This document shows, in pieces, positions 36,831 through 50,780 of a stretch of DNA of 64,000 nucleotides (its first letter is position 1; each line of letters begins with the position of its first letter). The notes under the pieces were generated by a model. That model did no database searches. It saw nothing but the letters and a program-made list of their open reading frames with translations, and had not been told where the DNA came from. A program made the position numbers and the translations under genes. The stretch is taken from the NCBI RefSeq assembly GCF_036321535.1, contig NC_087436.1, forward strand, positions 28,150,001-28,214,000. The letters run 5' to 3'. The DNA comes from Camelus dromedarius. Lineage: Eukaryota.

Positions 36831-38609
36831 CTTTTGAGGAATAATGTTCCAATATTTCTAAGATCATTCTACTAGAATGAATTTTTTGTCTCTAAATCCA
36901 GTTCTCTTTTGGACTTTATTTCTTTTTACTTATTAAACATTTATCCAACATTTTATAAGTCTGACATAGTGAGTGTGACTATAGATTGATATTACTAAAT
37001 CCATGTATTCTAAATTTTTAAACCAAAATAGAAAAGTATGAAAAAATTAGAAGTTTTAAAAAGAAAAATCATTTTGTAATTTCCTTATGCTAAATTTCAT
37101 AGCATATACTTTAGCACCTATGTGAGGAATAAGGTTAAAAATGTAATAAGCACTCTCATTTATAAAACCTCTAAAACATCAGCTCCTAGACTTAAGATTC
37201 TTGTTTCAGTACAGAGTTAAAGTAGGCTACGATTCCCAGTTGCTTTATAGAATAAATTGATAACTAATTCCACACTTGTGTGATTTCAGCATAATTTGGA
37301 TTCATTCAGGAAAATACTTTTTTCTTAGTCTTGATAGAAAGTAATACGCAAGGAAGCCTATTTGAATATAACACATTAGATAGTGTAATAGGATGGCACA
37401 ATCTGTAATCTGAAAAATAAAATTGTAGCTGCAGTCATAGCATCTTTGTTCTGGGGAAAGCCAGCCTATCCTTGAATAGAGGGAACAATGGTGTTCATCA
37501 GATCATCCTAACAACACTAAATGGCATGACCTGTTCTATGAAATTTTCTCTATAGAATTCACTCGGCCAATCAAAGACGTATTTGTTTTGCATTTGAAAA
37601 TGTTCATACTTTCTTAGGAATGTTTCATGAATGGCATGGAAAGTAGCTACCCATAAAAAATGTTTACTGCCTGCATATTTGAATAAATCATAATATTCAA
37701 TTAATGGAGGAAAACTAGGCCTGTCAACTTTGATTTAATCTCCTCGTGTTTTTCAGAAGAAGAAATGTAAATTAAAAACAGTAGAATTACTCACTAAGTA
37801 TCAAATTAAAAACAAAAACCAACTCTAACCATAAACCAAAGCAAAACTTAAAAATATAAACAAAATAATAAATTTGCCCTAAATAACAGCCAGTTGTATT
37901 TCACACTTCACATCTTTAAAGAAGTTAGTGAATTTTATTCATTAATATGAGCAAGGGAAAAAAAATTCTCTTTGCTTCTCGTTCGCTCAGACGTAGGCTG
38001 TTCTCTTTATTCTTGGCCACTGACAAAAGGAATGTGGTGTTACCAGTAGCTTTCTGCCAGGAACACACTCACAGGCTAGTACTTAGGTCCATGATATTTG
38101 GCTCTACCTCTGCTCATTACTCTCTGGGAATTAATTACTTTTCTCTCCCACTTTCTCATTTGTAAATGAAGAATAAAAATGTCCAAGTGTCTGATTTGAA
38201 GATACATTAAAATATATATGAAAATCCTTTTTATAAAATGAAAACCACCAAAATCCCATAGGATAATCATAACAATTTGCTCTTTAAAATGAAATAAGAA
38301 AGGATACTCTTGAAAAATACCTTGAAGTTGGGCAGAATATTTCTGTTTCCACCTGTTTTATCTGTTACTGTTCAATATTGTCTCAGGATTATTTACCCAA
38401 CAAATGCACAAGTAGCCACTGCACAAAGGGCTGTAGCAGTTTCCCCTTGTGTATTAATAAACATTATTTTCCTCCTTACAAAGGGGATTCCAAGTCAGTT
38501 TTCCCTAATGTCATCATCTATGGACCATACTCATTTATTTCACAAAATGTGCATTTCCTTTTAACTTTAGCAAAAGGAAATAAAGATTTCTAAGGAAGAA
38601 AGGCATGAA

Positions 38610-38850
38610 CTGGTAATTAAATGTAAAATCCTAGGAGTCAGAGGCACCCAAGTTAGAATAGTGTTTCTGACTCTTACTAACTTTAGCACAATGAGTCAGT
38701 TATTTAACTCCTGTAAGGTTCAGTTAAGCTAAAAATTAGTGATGATAATACTTATTATGCAAGATTGTGAAGATTAAAAACAAAAATGTATATAAAGTTT
38801 TGGCACAAGAATCACCAAGTATTAAGCGTATAAAACTGGCCATTATTAAT
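38610..38850 (+). mobile_element. MIR
   Basis: 'ggagtcagaggcaccc...tcttactaact...agtcagttatttaactcctgtaag...gattgtgaagattaaa'. Confidence 0.75.
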
Positions 38851-39119
38851 TCTATAATCTGGTTTCTAACATTTCACCACTACCATCAAACTGGGTAAAC
38901 TTAGGTAAGTTATCTAATCATTCACATATGAAGTGAAATATTGATTGGGTAAATGTGTGATGACCACTCCTAGCTTCATGAATCCAAGAACCCTCATCCA
39001 ATGCAGGATACCATTTTATAGCAACCACCTGACTCAATTAGACAGTGAGGTTTGTCGACTTTTAACACATGAAGGAGACTCCCTGGCAGGATTAGTCACT
39101 TATCTTAGTATATCCAGAG

Positions 39120-39422
39120 CAGGGATCCACAAAGTTTTTTTCTGTAAAGGGCCAGATAATATTTTAGGCTTTGCTGGTCATAAGATCTCTATTTCAGCTA
39201 CTCAGCCATGTTGTTGTAGCACAAACACAGTGAAAGACTTTATGTAAACCAGTGTTTAATAATCAGTTTTATGAATGGACACTAATATGAACTTTATCTA
39301 ATTTTAACATGACACTCAATGTGATTCTTTTGAGTTTTCTGCAACCACTTTACAGTACAAAAAACATTTTTAGCTCTTTGACCATAGGAAACAGGTGGCA
39401 GGCTGGCTTTAGTCCATGCCAT
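39120..39422 (+). mobile_element. MER58B (hAT-Charlie)
   Basis: 'caggg...tttttctgtaaagggccagata...tttaggctttgc...ctactcagcc...tgtagcac...aaacaggtggcaggctgg'. Confidence 0.85.
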
Positions 39423-41049
39423 AAACATTACATGATTAGTTGGGACTAAACCCCAGGTTTTAAAAGACAAAGTTCTCTGCCTGTTTAGAAAATTTTGAAT
39501 TAATTGACTTTAAAAATATTTATCATAAAATATTCATATCTGAGATATATATTTATTAAATTATATTATCATTGCCCAGATAGCAGATAAAGACTAAAAA
39601 GTAGTTGCAAAAATTGTATTCTTCACTAAAATTACAAAACAAGCCGGTAATTCTCTTGAGGACCAACACTATTTTCAGAATGACAAGGAAAAACTAAGTG
39701 AAACATTTTTATTACCTCTCCGTGAACAATCTATTTGGCTTAGTTTGATGATAACTGTGTCTAGTTGCAGCCACACATTATATACTGAAATACTGTTAAT
39801 AATATATGCCAAAATGCAACAGGACCAAAATATTTGTAGACTTTGAGAAACAAACACAAACCACTGTTTGTGTAAGATTCATGGAAAGGAAAACAAATGT
39901 TATGATGAAAGTGGTTAGCAAATTGTTTTCAGAAATGAAGAAAAAGGGAGCAATGTAATTTTTCAAATTCAAAGACAAAATTCAGTACTAATTAGTGGTT
40001 GGGCTGTGAGACACATGGTAATATTTTGTACCAGTGGCTTACTTACCATGACATGTTCAATTTATTAAGAAGGAAAAGCTTGAGAAGGTATTTACAAATT
40101 AATCACTTTCTGTTGTCACTTTTTTGAGGTGATTTTATAGTTGTTGCCATTTTTTTCCTTATGTTTGTAGGGAGTTAAAAAGAAAAACGCACACTAGAGG
40201 TGATATCCTTTATTCTGCATTGAAACAGTATTGATATAATCTACAAAGTAGGACAGTGACCATAAAGAGTTCTAATTTCACCCTTTCCTTTGCGTTCTTT
40301 TTTCGTTTAGACCAATTCTATGTTCTCATGCCTGTGATAGAAAATCAAATCAATTTTGTGACAGTATATAGTAATGTTAGAAATACAGTCACACAATGTT
40401 ATCACCTGTAGTTTGCTCCACTCACTGGCTAAACATCACCTTGATTGTACTAGACAATGTGCCATTTTTAATTATTCCTCAGGGAACTATCCTGAGTTTG
40501 ACAGCTATTGTCAGGGAACGCAGGCATAAGTTTCTGACATGTGAGTATTTTTGTTGGCTGCTTCTACCCAGAATGGAAATTTGACATACAAAATAATTAA
40601 AGAAAGTTCGGGCAAAATAATTGCTTAAAGGACTTTAACTTAAAGGTGATTTTTCCCTGATTTCTTTTGTGTATCCCATGTTTTTGTTCTTTGTATTTAG
40701 TACCACTGGTATATTTTCACACCATTCATAAATGAAGTGTTTTAGAAAATTACCCACTTTCTTATAGCACGTGGAAGATTTTAGTATAATTGTATACAGT
40801 GATTCTTGGAACACAGACCCTGATTTTCTGATTCTTGAGAGACAACATAAGAGTTAAAGGGAACTATCCTTAGTTCTCAATCCTAAAATTCTCACCCACT
40901 TTTTATTTGACCAAACTTAAGAGCCTGTTTCAGGAGTGAAAGCTATATGGAGTAATGGAATGATGAAGTGATGCTGAAGTGTCAGAGGACCTTACAGGAA
41001 CTTCTGAAAGGCTGCTATGTTCCTCCATGGTTACTAACAGGCAGGCACG

Positions 41050-41235
41050 TGGCTGCAAGAAACCTAGATTCAAACCCTATCTCTATCAATCCATGCAATT
41101 TTATAAATGTTATTTGAGATCTCTAAGCTTCTAATTACTCACCTAGGAAACAAATGATCACCTAATCCATAGAATTTTTATAAGGATTACATATGTGATC
41201 ATATATAATAGCATTTTGAAAGTTCTAAGACAATA
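41050..41235 (+). mobile_element. MIR/MIR3 fragment
   Basis: 'aaacctagattcaaaccctatctct...atctctaagcttc...ctcacct...aggattacat'. Confidence 0.6.
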
Positions 41236-42965
41236 ATACTCTCCTCTTGCTCCTTGGAGCAATAGAGGACAATTTAGTTATTAGCAAATAGAGACAATTT
41301 AGAAATAGAAAATTAAATAAATGGCATTCAAAATATTAACTGTATTAATGACCAAGTATATATATATCATGAAATTATAAATGCAACTGTGCCTTAGATT
41401 TGAAGCCCCCAGGAAATTCTGATTCTCTCCCCAAAATGGCTTTGATCTCTGCCAGTGGTCTACAGATCTAACAGTGGATGCTGAACTAAGGGTCCTTTAC
41501 AGTCTGGGCAGAGAGAGATTAGCAGGGGGTGGAAGGGTAGAGAAAGCTGGAGATGTCAAGTACTTAAAGACTAATAAAACAGATAAAGCCAGTAATGGGA
41601 GCCAACTGTGTCTGTGTGGAGGAAAGAGCAAAACAGCAGGAGATCAAAGCAAGTAGAAGCAGAGACTTTTACACTGTGACTGACATCTTCCAGAAAATAT
41701 GGCTCAATTCCAGGTCCTGTCTTAACTGAGATGTTCTTCCTACCTCAAGAAACAGAATGTCCTAAAGAGGACAGATATAGGGGGTTCCTTTCTTTATGAT
41801 TTGAGGTAGATAAACAGAAGAAAAAAATAAGTATTCCTCAATTACAGGGAACAATTTTGTTAATTCATTCACCCATTCATCCATTCCTTTTGGAGAAATC
41901 TGTCTTCTTGGTTCTGTAAATCTTTGTTAAAAACTGCTACCCTAGAATTTCTGTTCCTTTGTAGTTCCATACCACTTGACACGGCTAGAATAGAAAATAA
42001 ATTATAGGAGAGGAAGGGGTTCCAATATACATAAAAATCTAAGTAGCTTCCTGGAGGGAAACACACAGTATTCTCCACCAGATCACTGGGAATCAAAGTT
42101 AGGAGACACGTATTGGTGGGCAGATTGGCTCAGAGTATAAAAATGCAACAAGAATGCTAATGCCAATTTACCTGAAGGCATTGGGAGTCTAAGCTGCTTT
42201 AACTATCTCAAGACAAGAAGCATAGTTTCTGTAGAGGGTAGCTACCATCTTCCTTGCATGAGGCTGATGCCAGAAGATCTAGCTCATAGCTTGAGTTCTA
42301 AGAAGAAAGACAGAATAGGTAAATAAACAGACAATGGAGGCCAGCAAAAATAAACTTAACTGTGCTTGACCTACAAAGAGTTAAGATCATTTTGCTATGT
42401 AGGATTATGGTAGTCTGTGCTAGGTCCCAGATCAGAAGGATGTTATTACAAAATGGACCAGCAGTGGGTGTTCTTTGGGGGACTAGAGTTCAACAGGGGC
42501 ACCATGTGGCACCAGGAAGCAAAGGCAAGAGAGGAAATTTCGGTGATTCTTATTCTTTAGGCAAAATATTTCTAGTTTAAGTGTGGAAGTCACTCAGATA
42601 GCCATTATGGATTTCATACCCTTCCATAGTTTTGGAAAATTTGAAAAGCAGTCCAAGAATTAAATACTTTGATTCATCCCAATTTGATATGTGAAAATTT
42701 TATTATGTTTTATTTGAAAAATAAAAGGGATACTTGAAACTTGTGCTCTGAATTTGTGTAGTAGGCCATTCCTTACATAGCCTGACATATATTAAGTACT
42801 CAATAAAATCTACCCATTTATATGTGCTATCTATAAAAAGAATCAATTTGGGAGGGAATATTTTTAGTTGTGGACCTCAGGGAGGAAACAATAATTAAAG
42901 TATGAGAGTGAACTTCAGGGTTACTTAAAATAGCAACAATAACAACAAAAAAATACTCATATTCT

Positions 42966-43350
42966 CAGGCTGGGACTAGGGTGATATGAGACAGTGGTCT
43001 CAGGATAGAAAATTCAAAGGGATACAAAGTAGGTACATAATCAATGTACATGGTATTTTTAATGCAAGGTTTTAAAAAATAAAAGTAATGCAAAACCTAT
43101 GATAAAAAACAGCAAAAATTTAAATCAAGACAGAATTTGACCCTGCACTTGCATAACTGTGCCTCACTCGCATCATCTAAATCCGGTGCTTGTTCCAATA
43201 AAACTTTATTTACAAAAAGAGATGCCCAGCCCATGAGCCATAGTTTGCTGGTGATTTTTTAAAAATATTGCATGAAAATATTATATATTTTGATTACTGA
43301 GTTTTCATGTCCTCTTAAATATTCTGTCCCAAGGCAAATGTCTCATTAAA
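42966..43350 (+). mobile_element. MER96B (hAT-Tip100)
   Basis: 'gggactagggtga', 'gaccctgcacttgca...cctcactcgc', an internal MER58-like 'ttccaataaaactttatttacaaaa...gccatagtttgc', and the inverted arm 'aaaaatattgcat...ttgattactgagtttt'. Confidence 0.8.
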
Positions 43351-44059
43351 TATAACTTCATTTCTCCTTGGAAAACGTCAGATTTTTAAAATAAATAAGA
43401 ATAACTAAAGAAACATGAAACAAAAGCGAGCCAAAGAAGTCCAAGATGTAAAATCATAAAATAGAAGAATGAAAAAAAAAAACAGAAGATAAAATGTGTA
43501 CAAATTCAAAGGCAAACTAATTGAAAAGAAAAAAAAAAAAACCGTGAAAAGCATACAAAATAAAATTTCCCAAGGCTGTGAATATTTTAAAGGGAAAAAG
43601 TGGCTCAATTGTATCCTCAGTCAAAATGAATATAATCAGGCGTTCTCTCTGCATCTGTGTCCTCAGCAGGCACCTCTGAGCTCAGAGGCTTCTCCAGCAT
43701 GGAGTCCTCAGTATCAGCTGTGCTGAGGAGAATGGTGGGAGGGTAGGAGAGAAGGAAGTCACCTCCTTCTTCATCTTTGCTTGAGGTTCCTCATACAAAG
43801 TGGATATTTCTTCTTCAGAGACAGTGGCTTGACTATTGAGAAGATGAGTCTCCCACTCCCACCTCTATCAAATTTTCAAAGACTGAAAATTATGTAAAAC
43901 CCTAGAGGCTAATGCTGACCCTTTCCCCTAGCCCTTCTGAAAAGAAAATAAAAACAGGTTGAGATGATTGAAGTGGATTGTTTAAGACTTTACTCTTAGG
44001 TCTCGTCTTGAAACAGCTAAGACCAAGCATTCTGTAGCAAGATCACTATTGTTTAAACA

Positions 44060-44270
44060 TCTGCTTTACCATTTCTATTATGTGACCTTGAATAGATCAC
44101 TTAAATACTCTTTTTTTCAGCTTAGTCATCTGTAAAATGGGGATAATAATATTTCTTATATAAAGTTACAATTAATATTAAATGAGTTAAATCATATAGA
44201 GCTTTTGCCTGGCACATAAATAATTTTATAAATCACATTAGATTTACAATCAATCATTATGTTATTATCA
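44060..44270 (+). mobile_element. MIR
   Basis: 'tgtgaccttgaatagatcacttaa...catctgtaaaatggggataataat...gcctggcacata'. Confidence 0.85.
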
Positions 44271-45348
44271 GTAAGACTGTTAAAATAGGAAATAAAATAA
44301 TCATAATTTCAAGACAATATATACTGTTTTTTGGTATGAGAATGTTTTTGCAAATCACCAAGCAGTGGGCTAGGAATCGTTAGGTAGTAAAACCTCAAAC
44401 AACTGCAGCCAGAGATGTTTAATAAAGATATATTTCTTTCTGATAGGGAGTCTGTTTTTTAGCTTGTAAACAATTTGGATTTACTCTTTTTGCCCAAAGG
44501 AATGAAGCATAAAACACAAAACCATTAAAGTAGTGTTGGCGGAAGGCAACACAGAAGTATTAGACTTGAGAGAGAAAAAGAGGAAAAAAATGTATTGAAG
44601 GCAGACATTATATGTGAGAGTTTTTTTTTCTTTTTCCTTCAAACCAGAGTAAGAAAATATTCTACATTGCAACTAAACATACAGACACAAACAAATCAAC
44701 AAAAGTTTCATTAAATAACACCTTTATTGCTTGTTTCCTCTGCTCTTGTCTTTACTTCTCTTCATCTTCTATAATATTCTTACAGAAATTGTTTATCTAA
44801 GCTGAATTAAAAACAAATGCATGAAGACACTCTGTGAAGTTGCATACCAACAGCACTATTTAAAGAAAGTAAACATGGCAGAGGATGATATGACCTTTAT
44901 GAAAGAAAAAAAGAAAGGAAAGAAAGAAAAAAAAAAGGGAGGGAGAAGAGAGAGAGCAAGGGAGGAAGGAAGTCACCAGAATTTGAGCAATGAAGGAAAA
45001 GAAATCCAAATTGGAATAAAACAATAGTATTTCCTAGATTCTAACACAATGTGATGTGTGATGTCTTAACCAATTCCATATGGAGGTGAAATTTGAAACT
45101 AATATCAAAATAGATATCTACATGAGTTAAATTATGTTTTATATAATTGTGTTTAAAATCGTATCTGGAGATTTTCATTACATTTTAAATATTTAATAAT
45201 TCATGTTATAAAGCCATGTGTGAAAGATTGATGTCATTATCAATGACCATTTGAAAAATCGTTAAATAAAAATTACAAGTGGTTGTCAGAGAAGTATAGC
45301 AGGCAAGACTCTGATGCCAAGGTGAAAGACAAGTAGAATTCTTTATGC

Positions 45349-45540
45349 TGATGGTTCTCAAACTTTACTAAGCACCAAAATCACCTGAAGGGCTTGTTGA
45401 AACAGATTACTAGGCTCTACCCCTAGAGTTTCTGATTCAGGAGATCTGGAATGGGGTTTAACTGCTTTGCATTTCAAACAAATTCTCCATTTTCTTGATG
45501 CTGCTTTTTTTTTTGCAGGACCAAACTTTAAGAACCATTG
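45349..45540 (+). mobile_element. MER5A (hAT-Charlie)
   Basis: 'tggttctcaaactt...aatcacctgaagggcttgttgaaacagatt...agagtttctgattcag...ttgcatttcaaacaa...actttaagaaccattg', with terminal inverted repeats. Confidence 0.9.
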
Positions 45541-48369
45541 TCACACACAATGATTTATTCACAGCAGGCTACACAAAAAATTCAACATACATGCTCACAT
45601 TTTCTTTTCACATTATTGCTGTGAGTTAGGTACTATTTTTTTATTTATAACTGAGAACAGAGAAACACAGTGATATGACTTAACACAGATAAAAATGAAA
45701 AATCTTAATTAAAACCCTAATTTTCCAAAACCAAATTATACAGTCCTTACACTATTTTAAATTGCATAGAAGGAGGTGTGATTATCAGCTTAGGGCACCG
45801 AAGAGGGAGGAGAGAAAATCCTATGTAGTGAATTAGCTAGGGAATCAAAAACTAATTATAGGTTTGATAAACAGCATCAAGAACACAATTGAAATTGAAC
45901 AGAACTGAATTTGTAATGATCAGTTTTGCACTGTTTTTCAACTTCTTTGAGCAATAAATGAAACGTTGCCATGGGCTGCTCCTAATTTCAGTAGATCTCT
46001 GCTCTTTTGGATTACAATCAGAGTAATCTCAAATTACTAGCAGAACTTTTGTATCTGTCTTCTGTATCTATCACTATGAGTACATAAAAATTAACTCTAT
46101 ATGGTCTTTCAGTATTTAAATCAGAAAATATTACTATTATAATTTATGAAAACGTTTTGAACACTGACATGTTGAAAAAAATTATGACAGATTTAAAAAG
46201 ATGTGAGGCACTTTAAATGCCTCAAGTTTTAACATCTATTTCTCAATATGTATTAAAATTAATGAAAATTAAATTTTGTTGGCATGCGTGGTTGCATAAA
46301 ATACTTTAAAAATAATTCTGGTTTTGGCTTTTAGTCAAATTAATTCCAAGTCTTCATCAGCTGGCAATACAATTTGGAAAGACTGGATTATACATAGTTC
46401 TGTGTTACTACGTAGGTTGCACTCTTAATCAATTTAAATAAAGAAGTTATGACCAGAGATATTTTCTAAATTGTTCTGCCATTTAGTGAGCAGACAAGCC
46501 AATCTCCTGTGAAAATCTGCAAAACCAAAACCGTGGGCATCTGTTCTTCCAGAATAGACTGAAATGCCACTATAGCAGCATTAGGAACACACAATTCAGT
46601 ATTAGGCAAATGGATTTTGGACCCTCTCCAAGGGATTTTATTACTATAAACACCAGAAGTTCCATTCATTGCATCGTTTCACCCATCAGGACTCTGAGAA
46701 CAGAATTGTATTAGAACTTTCTTGTTCCTATAAGTGAATAATTTTATAGCAGCTACAGAAATTTTTTTAGTTTCTTTATAATAAGGGCAGAAGAGGAAGG
46801 GAGTTGACTATGCTGGTTATAGCTAGGAACACCTATCAGTAGGAACAAATTGTCTCAAACTATGGTACATTTCCTCTGACCAATGTTGTTGACTACATCT
46901 CAAAAGAGAGTATGAGACCTAGGTTTTAAAGTTAACAACTGTTTGCTTTCATATTCCTTTATATGATGAGCTGGAAGTCAAATATTTTTTTTAAAAGCCT
47001 TAAGGTGGGCTTTTTACAGTGCTCTTTAATCAGCCTGAAGTGATTAATTCATGAAATCTTGTTATTGCTTGTGTGATGGACTGAATAGGAACAATTAGAT
47101 GTCTTTGTTTACGAATACAATTATAATTATTAAATATTTTATAAGAGATATAATTCTCCTCCAGATTACAAGATATATTTTATAATACTCAAGAGTTACT
47201 TTTAATTTACTAACAAAAGAAACCCTAAAGTTTATGCTTGTGGTTATCTTATATTGCTACGCTTCTGAGCAAACCATGATATTCACGTTTCACTATATTC
47301 AACTGCTTCTTTTCCAAGTTTACAATCCTATACAGTTCTATATCATCTGGTAGTAGTTCAGTCAAAAATAAATCGTTTACCTAGGGGTAACCAGACCATC
47401 TATTAAGATGAATTTAAAACAATCATAAAGTGATTCTTATTTCTAGTTGATTATAAATATAATTCCATTATTCAAATGTTACAATTACTTGTCTTCCTCT
47501 AAGAAATGAAATTGTACATGGTATAAAAAGAAAATAAGTAAATATTAACTTGGCAATACTAGAGAAAATAACAAGAAAACAGTTTAGTACTCATTCACAC
47601 ATCTTTCAAAACAAATAATTACATAAGTTATCTCTTAGTTTGTATATGTACTATCAGGTTGAAGGAAAATGAAAATATGTGAACAGTTTTAGCAATATAT
47701 AAAATCAAGTTCTTCATACAAATGAAAATTTTGCATATAACTTTTAGGAGCAAAATATTAATTTTAAAAGAGATTTCCCAAATCTATTTGAATATATTTT
47801 CTATAGCAAAAAATGACAAATTAACATAAAATTCACCTCAATGATTTTGTCACCTTTGAAATGGTCACTCCAAGAACTAAGCTTCCCAGAGATTCAACAG
47901 GGTAAATGAACTTGGTTGTTCAGCGATATTTTTCTCAAAATGTATTTATGCTAAACACTTCTTTACTTATTAAATTAATGATTCTACTGCTTTGTAGAAT
48001 TCAAAAAATTTTTGAAATCTTTGCTTTTACCTTCTTTCCTATAAACTCTTGTACTTTTTATTATATTGTACCATATTATTAGTGGGATGTTGGGGGGAAA
48101 AGTGGTTAATGCCTGTGCATTACAAGCAAAGCCACCTGTTTCTTAATCCCTATCTTGTTATTTTAAAATGTTTAACTGTCCACCTCTTACATATGTATAA
48201 ACTGCATTACTCCCTCAACTTTCAGAAATCCTTTCTCTCATGCTCATGCTTATTGTCTCAATTCCATCCCACATTAATCCTATTTCAGAAACAGAGCAAA
48301 AATATCTAGAAATACTCTTTACTTTATATATTTTCCAAATCAGTGCTTATTGTAAATCCTATAAAGCAG

Positions 48370-50640
48370 TAACCTGTATGCAGCTTGCCTTGCCTTGCAA
48401 ACAACTAGAAACCTGAACAAATGTACGAAACAATGTTTTTTCTCATTGGAATGATAAGAATTACAGGATTATGGTTCATAGAGAATGAGGTGAGCCCTAC
48501 AATTTCTCTATCTTTTCATCTGAAGGGAGGCAAGTTCTGGATTACAGTGCAAGAAAAAAGAAAGCAGAGCCTGCGAGTTTTGATGAATTGAGAGACACAG
48601 ATTGGAGTTTTGGGAGACTGAGGCTTATGAAATTTTCCAGGTAGATTATCAGAAAGAAAGGATCTTGGAAAATAAATACACATATTGGTCCTTTTTTTTC
48701 TTTGCTGTATATTAATCTGCATATGCATACAGTGAACCTCCGCAAAGCCAAGCAAAACCAACTGCAAACAATATACAAGACTACTAATTCCCAGGCAACA
48801 TATGGGGATGGAAGACATTCAGATTTTGTCCAGAGAGTAAAGAAACCTTGTTGAACACTTGGACAATCAACAGAAACATTTAAAGGGTCACAACTGGGTA
48901 GCAAGTCTGTATTAACCCTTGACTAAAGCCTACTCCACCCTAACGAAAATTTTTAAAAAACTTCGGAGTATGACTTAAAATTCCTCCTAGAGCAAACTTC
49001 AGTACTCTTTAAAGGAAATCAACAAAATATAAACACTCAAAAAACATGGCGTATTCGGTATCTCGGATCTAATAAAACAATCACTAACCATACAAAGAAA
49101 TAGAATTGTGAGCCATGTAAGAAAAGCATTGAATATTCAAGATTTTATAGAAAAGCATAATACAACAGAGAAATACCAGATGGAACTTCTAGGGATAAAA
49201 AATACAGTATCTAAATTTAAATATTCACTGGGTGTGGTTAAGCAGCCAATTAGGCACTAAAGTTCAAATTAGCAATAAATGCAAAGAAATAAAAATTGAG
49301 AATATCTGTGTTAGTTTGGGCTACCATAACAATATACTATAGACTGGGTGTCTTGAACAACAGATATTTATTTTCCTACAGTTACAGAGTCCAGAAGTTG
49401 GAGATCAGCATGGTCAGGTTCTGGTGAGAGCTCTCTTCCTGCTGTGCCCTTTCTCACTATGTCCACAAGGGGCCTTTCCTCTGTGCTCACACAGAGAGTG
49501 AAGGAACTCTGGTTTCTCTTCTTAAAAGGACACTAATACTATCTTATCGGGGCCCCACCCTTATGACCTCATTTACCCTTAATTATCTCCTTATAGGCCC
49601 TATCTCAACATAGAATCACATTGGAGGTTACAGCTTCAACAGATGAGTTTTCAGGAACACAACTGAGTCTAAAGCAATACTTAAACTGATACACAAAGAT
49701 AAATTAAAAAAAGAAAAAGAAAAAAAAATGGGCAAAGCATCAGTAACCTGTAGAATAATAGCAAGGTTGTAATACAACTGGACATCTAAACCCTTACCTC
49801 ACACCAAAGACAGAAATTAAAACGGATCATAGGTCTGAATATATAAGTTTAAAATATAACATATTTAGAAGAAAATATAGAAGACAGTGTTTGATACTTT
49901 AGAGCAATATCTGAGTTCAGAGATTTCTTAGGATACATAAAGCACATAACAGGAAAAAAATTCATAAATTGAACTTCATCAAATTTCAGATCTTCTAGTT
50001 TCTCAAAGACAGTACTCACCAGTAAGTACTTAAAACACACACGCACACACATACACACAAAATGGAAGAAAATATTAGCAATATATATTTCATAAGGGAC
50101 TAATATTCAGAATTTGTAAAGAAATGACCCAATTAAGAAAATAGAAAATCTATTTGAACAGACACATCACAAAACAAGACATAAAATAATCAATTAACAA
50201 ATGAAGAGATGATTAGCATCTTTAGTCACCGTAGATTACCACTATAAGCTCAATACAATGCCTAAAATTATACAGGCTGACCATATCAAGAGTTGCCAAG
50301 TATGTGGGACAACTAGAGTAATACAGGTCTCTTGGTTTTGTAAAATGGTACAACTACTTTGGAAAACAGATTCCATTTTGGAAAACACATGTCTCAGAAA
50401 TCCCATGGCTAGGTATTTTTCCAAAAGAAATAAAAATTTATGTCCACAAAAATCCTTGCAGAAGAATGTTCATAGTAAATTGAGGATACAACTCAAATAT
50501 TCCACAGCAGGTGAATAGATATGCAAATTGTGATACATTCATATGATGGAATACTATTCAACATTATAAAAGAACAAACCATTATTACACATAACTTGAA
50601 GGAAAGACAGAAAGAGCCAGGAAAAGAAACTACATCTATA
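48370..50640 (+). mobile_element. Old L1 fragments (5' region/ORF1, ORF2 end, 3' UTR), split by an MLT1A insertion
   Basis: 'gaatgaggtgagccctacaatt', 'atggaacttctagggataaaaaatacagtatct', 'tgaacttcatcaaatt' and 'gtaaaatggtacaactactttggaaaaca'. Confidence 0.75.
49307..49676 (-). mobile_element. MaLR solo LTR, MLT1A-like
   Basis: tgtgttagtttg...ccataacaatatactatagactggg...ggttctggtgagagctctcttcc...ccccacccttatgacctcattta...ctaaagca. Confidence 0.9.
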
Positions 50641-50658
50641 CACAGAATGCAAACTTGC

Positions 50659-50708
<50 letters not shown>

Positions 50709-50780
50709 CTCACATACATACACATGTATAAAACAAGCTAAAACATGTATATAGATTAGTGTATATGTACACACATGTAT
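50659..50780. repeat. (TA)n(CA)n(TA)n compound microsatellite
   Basis: Directly visible. Confidence 0.95.
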
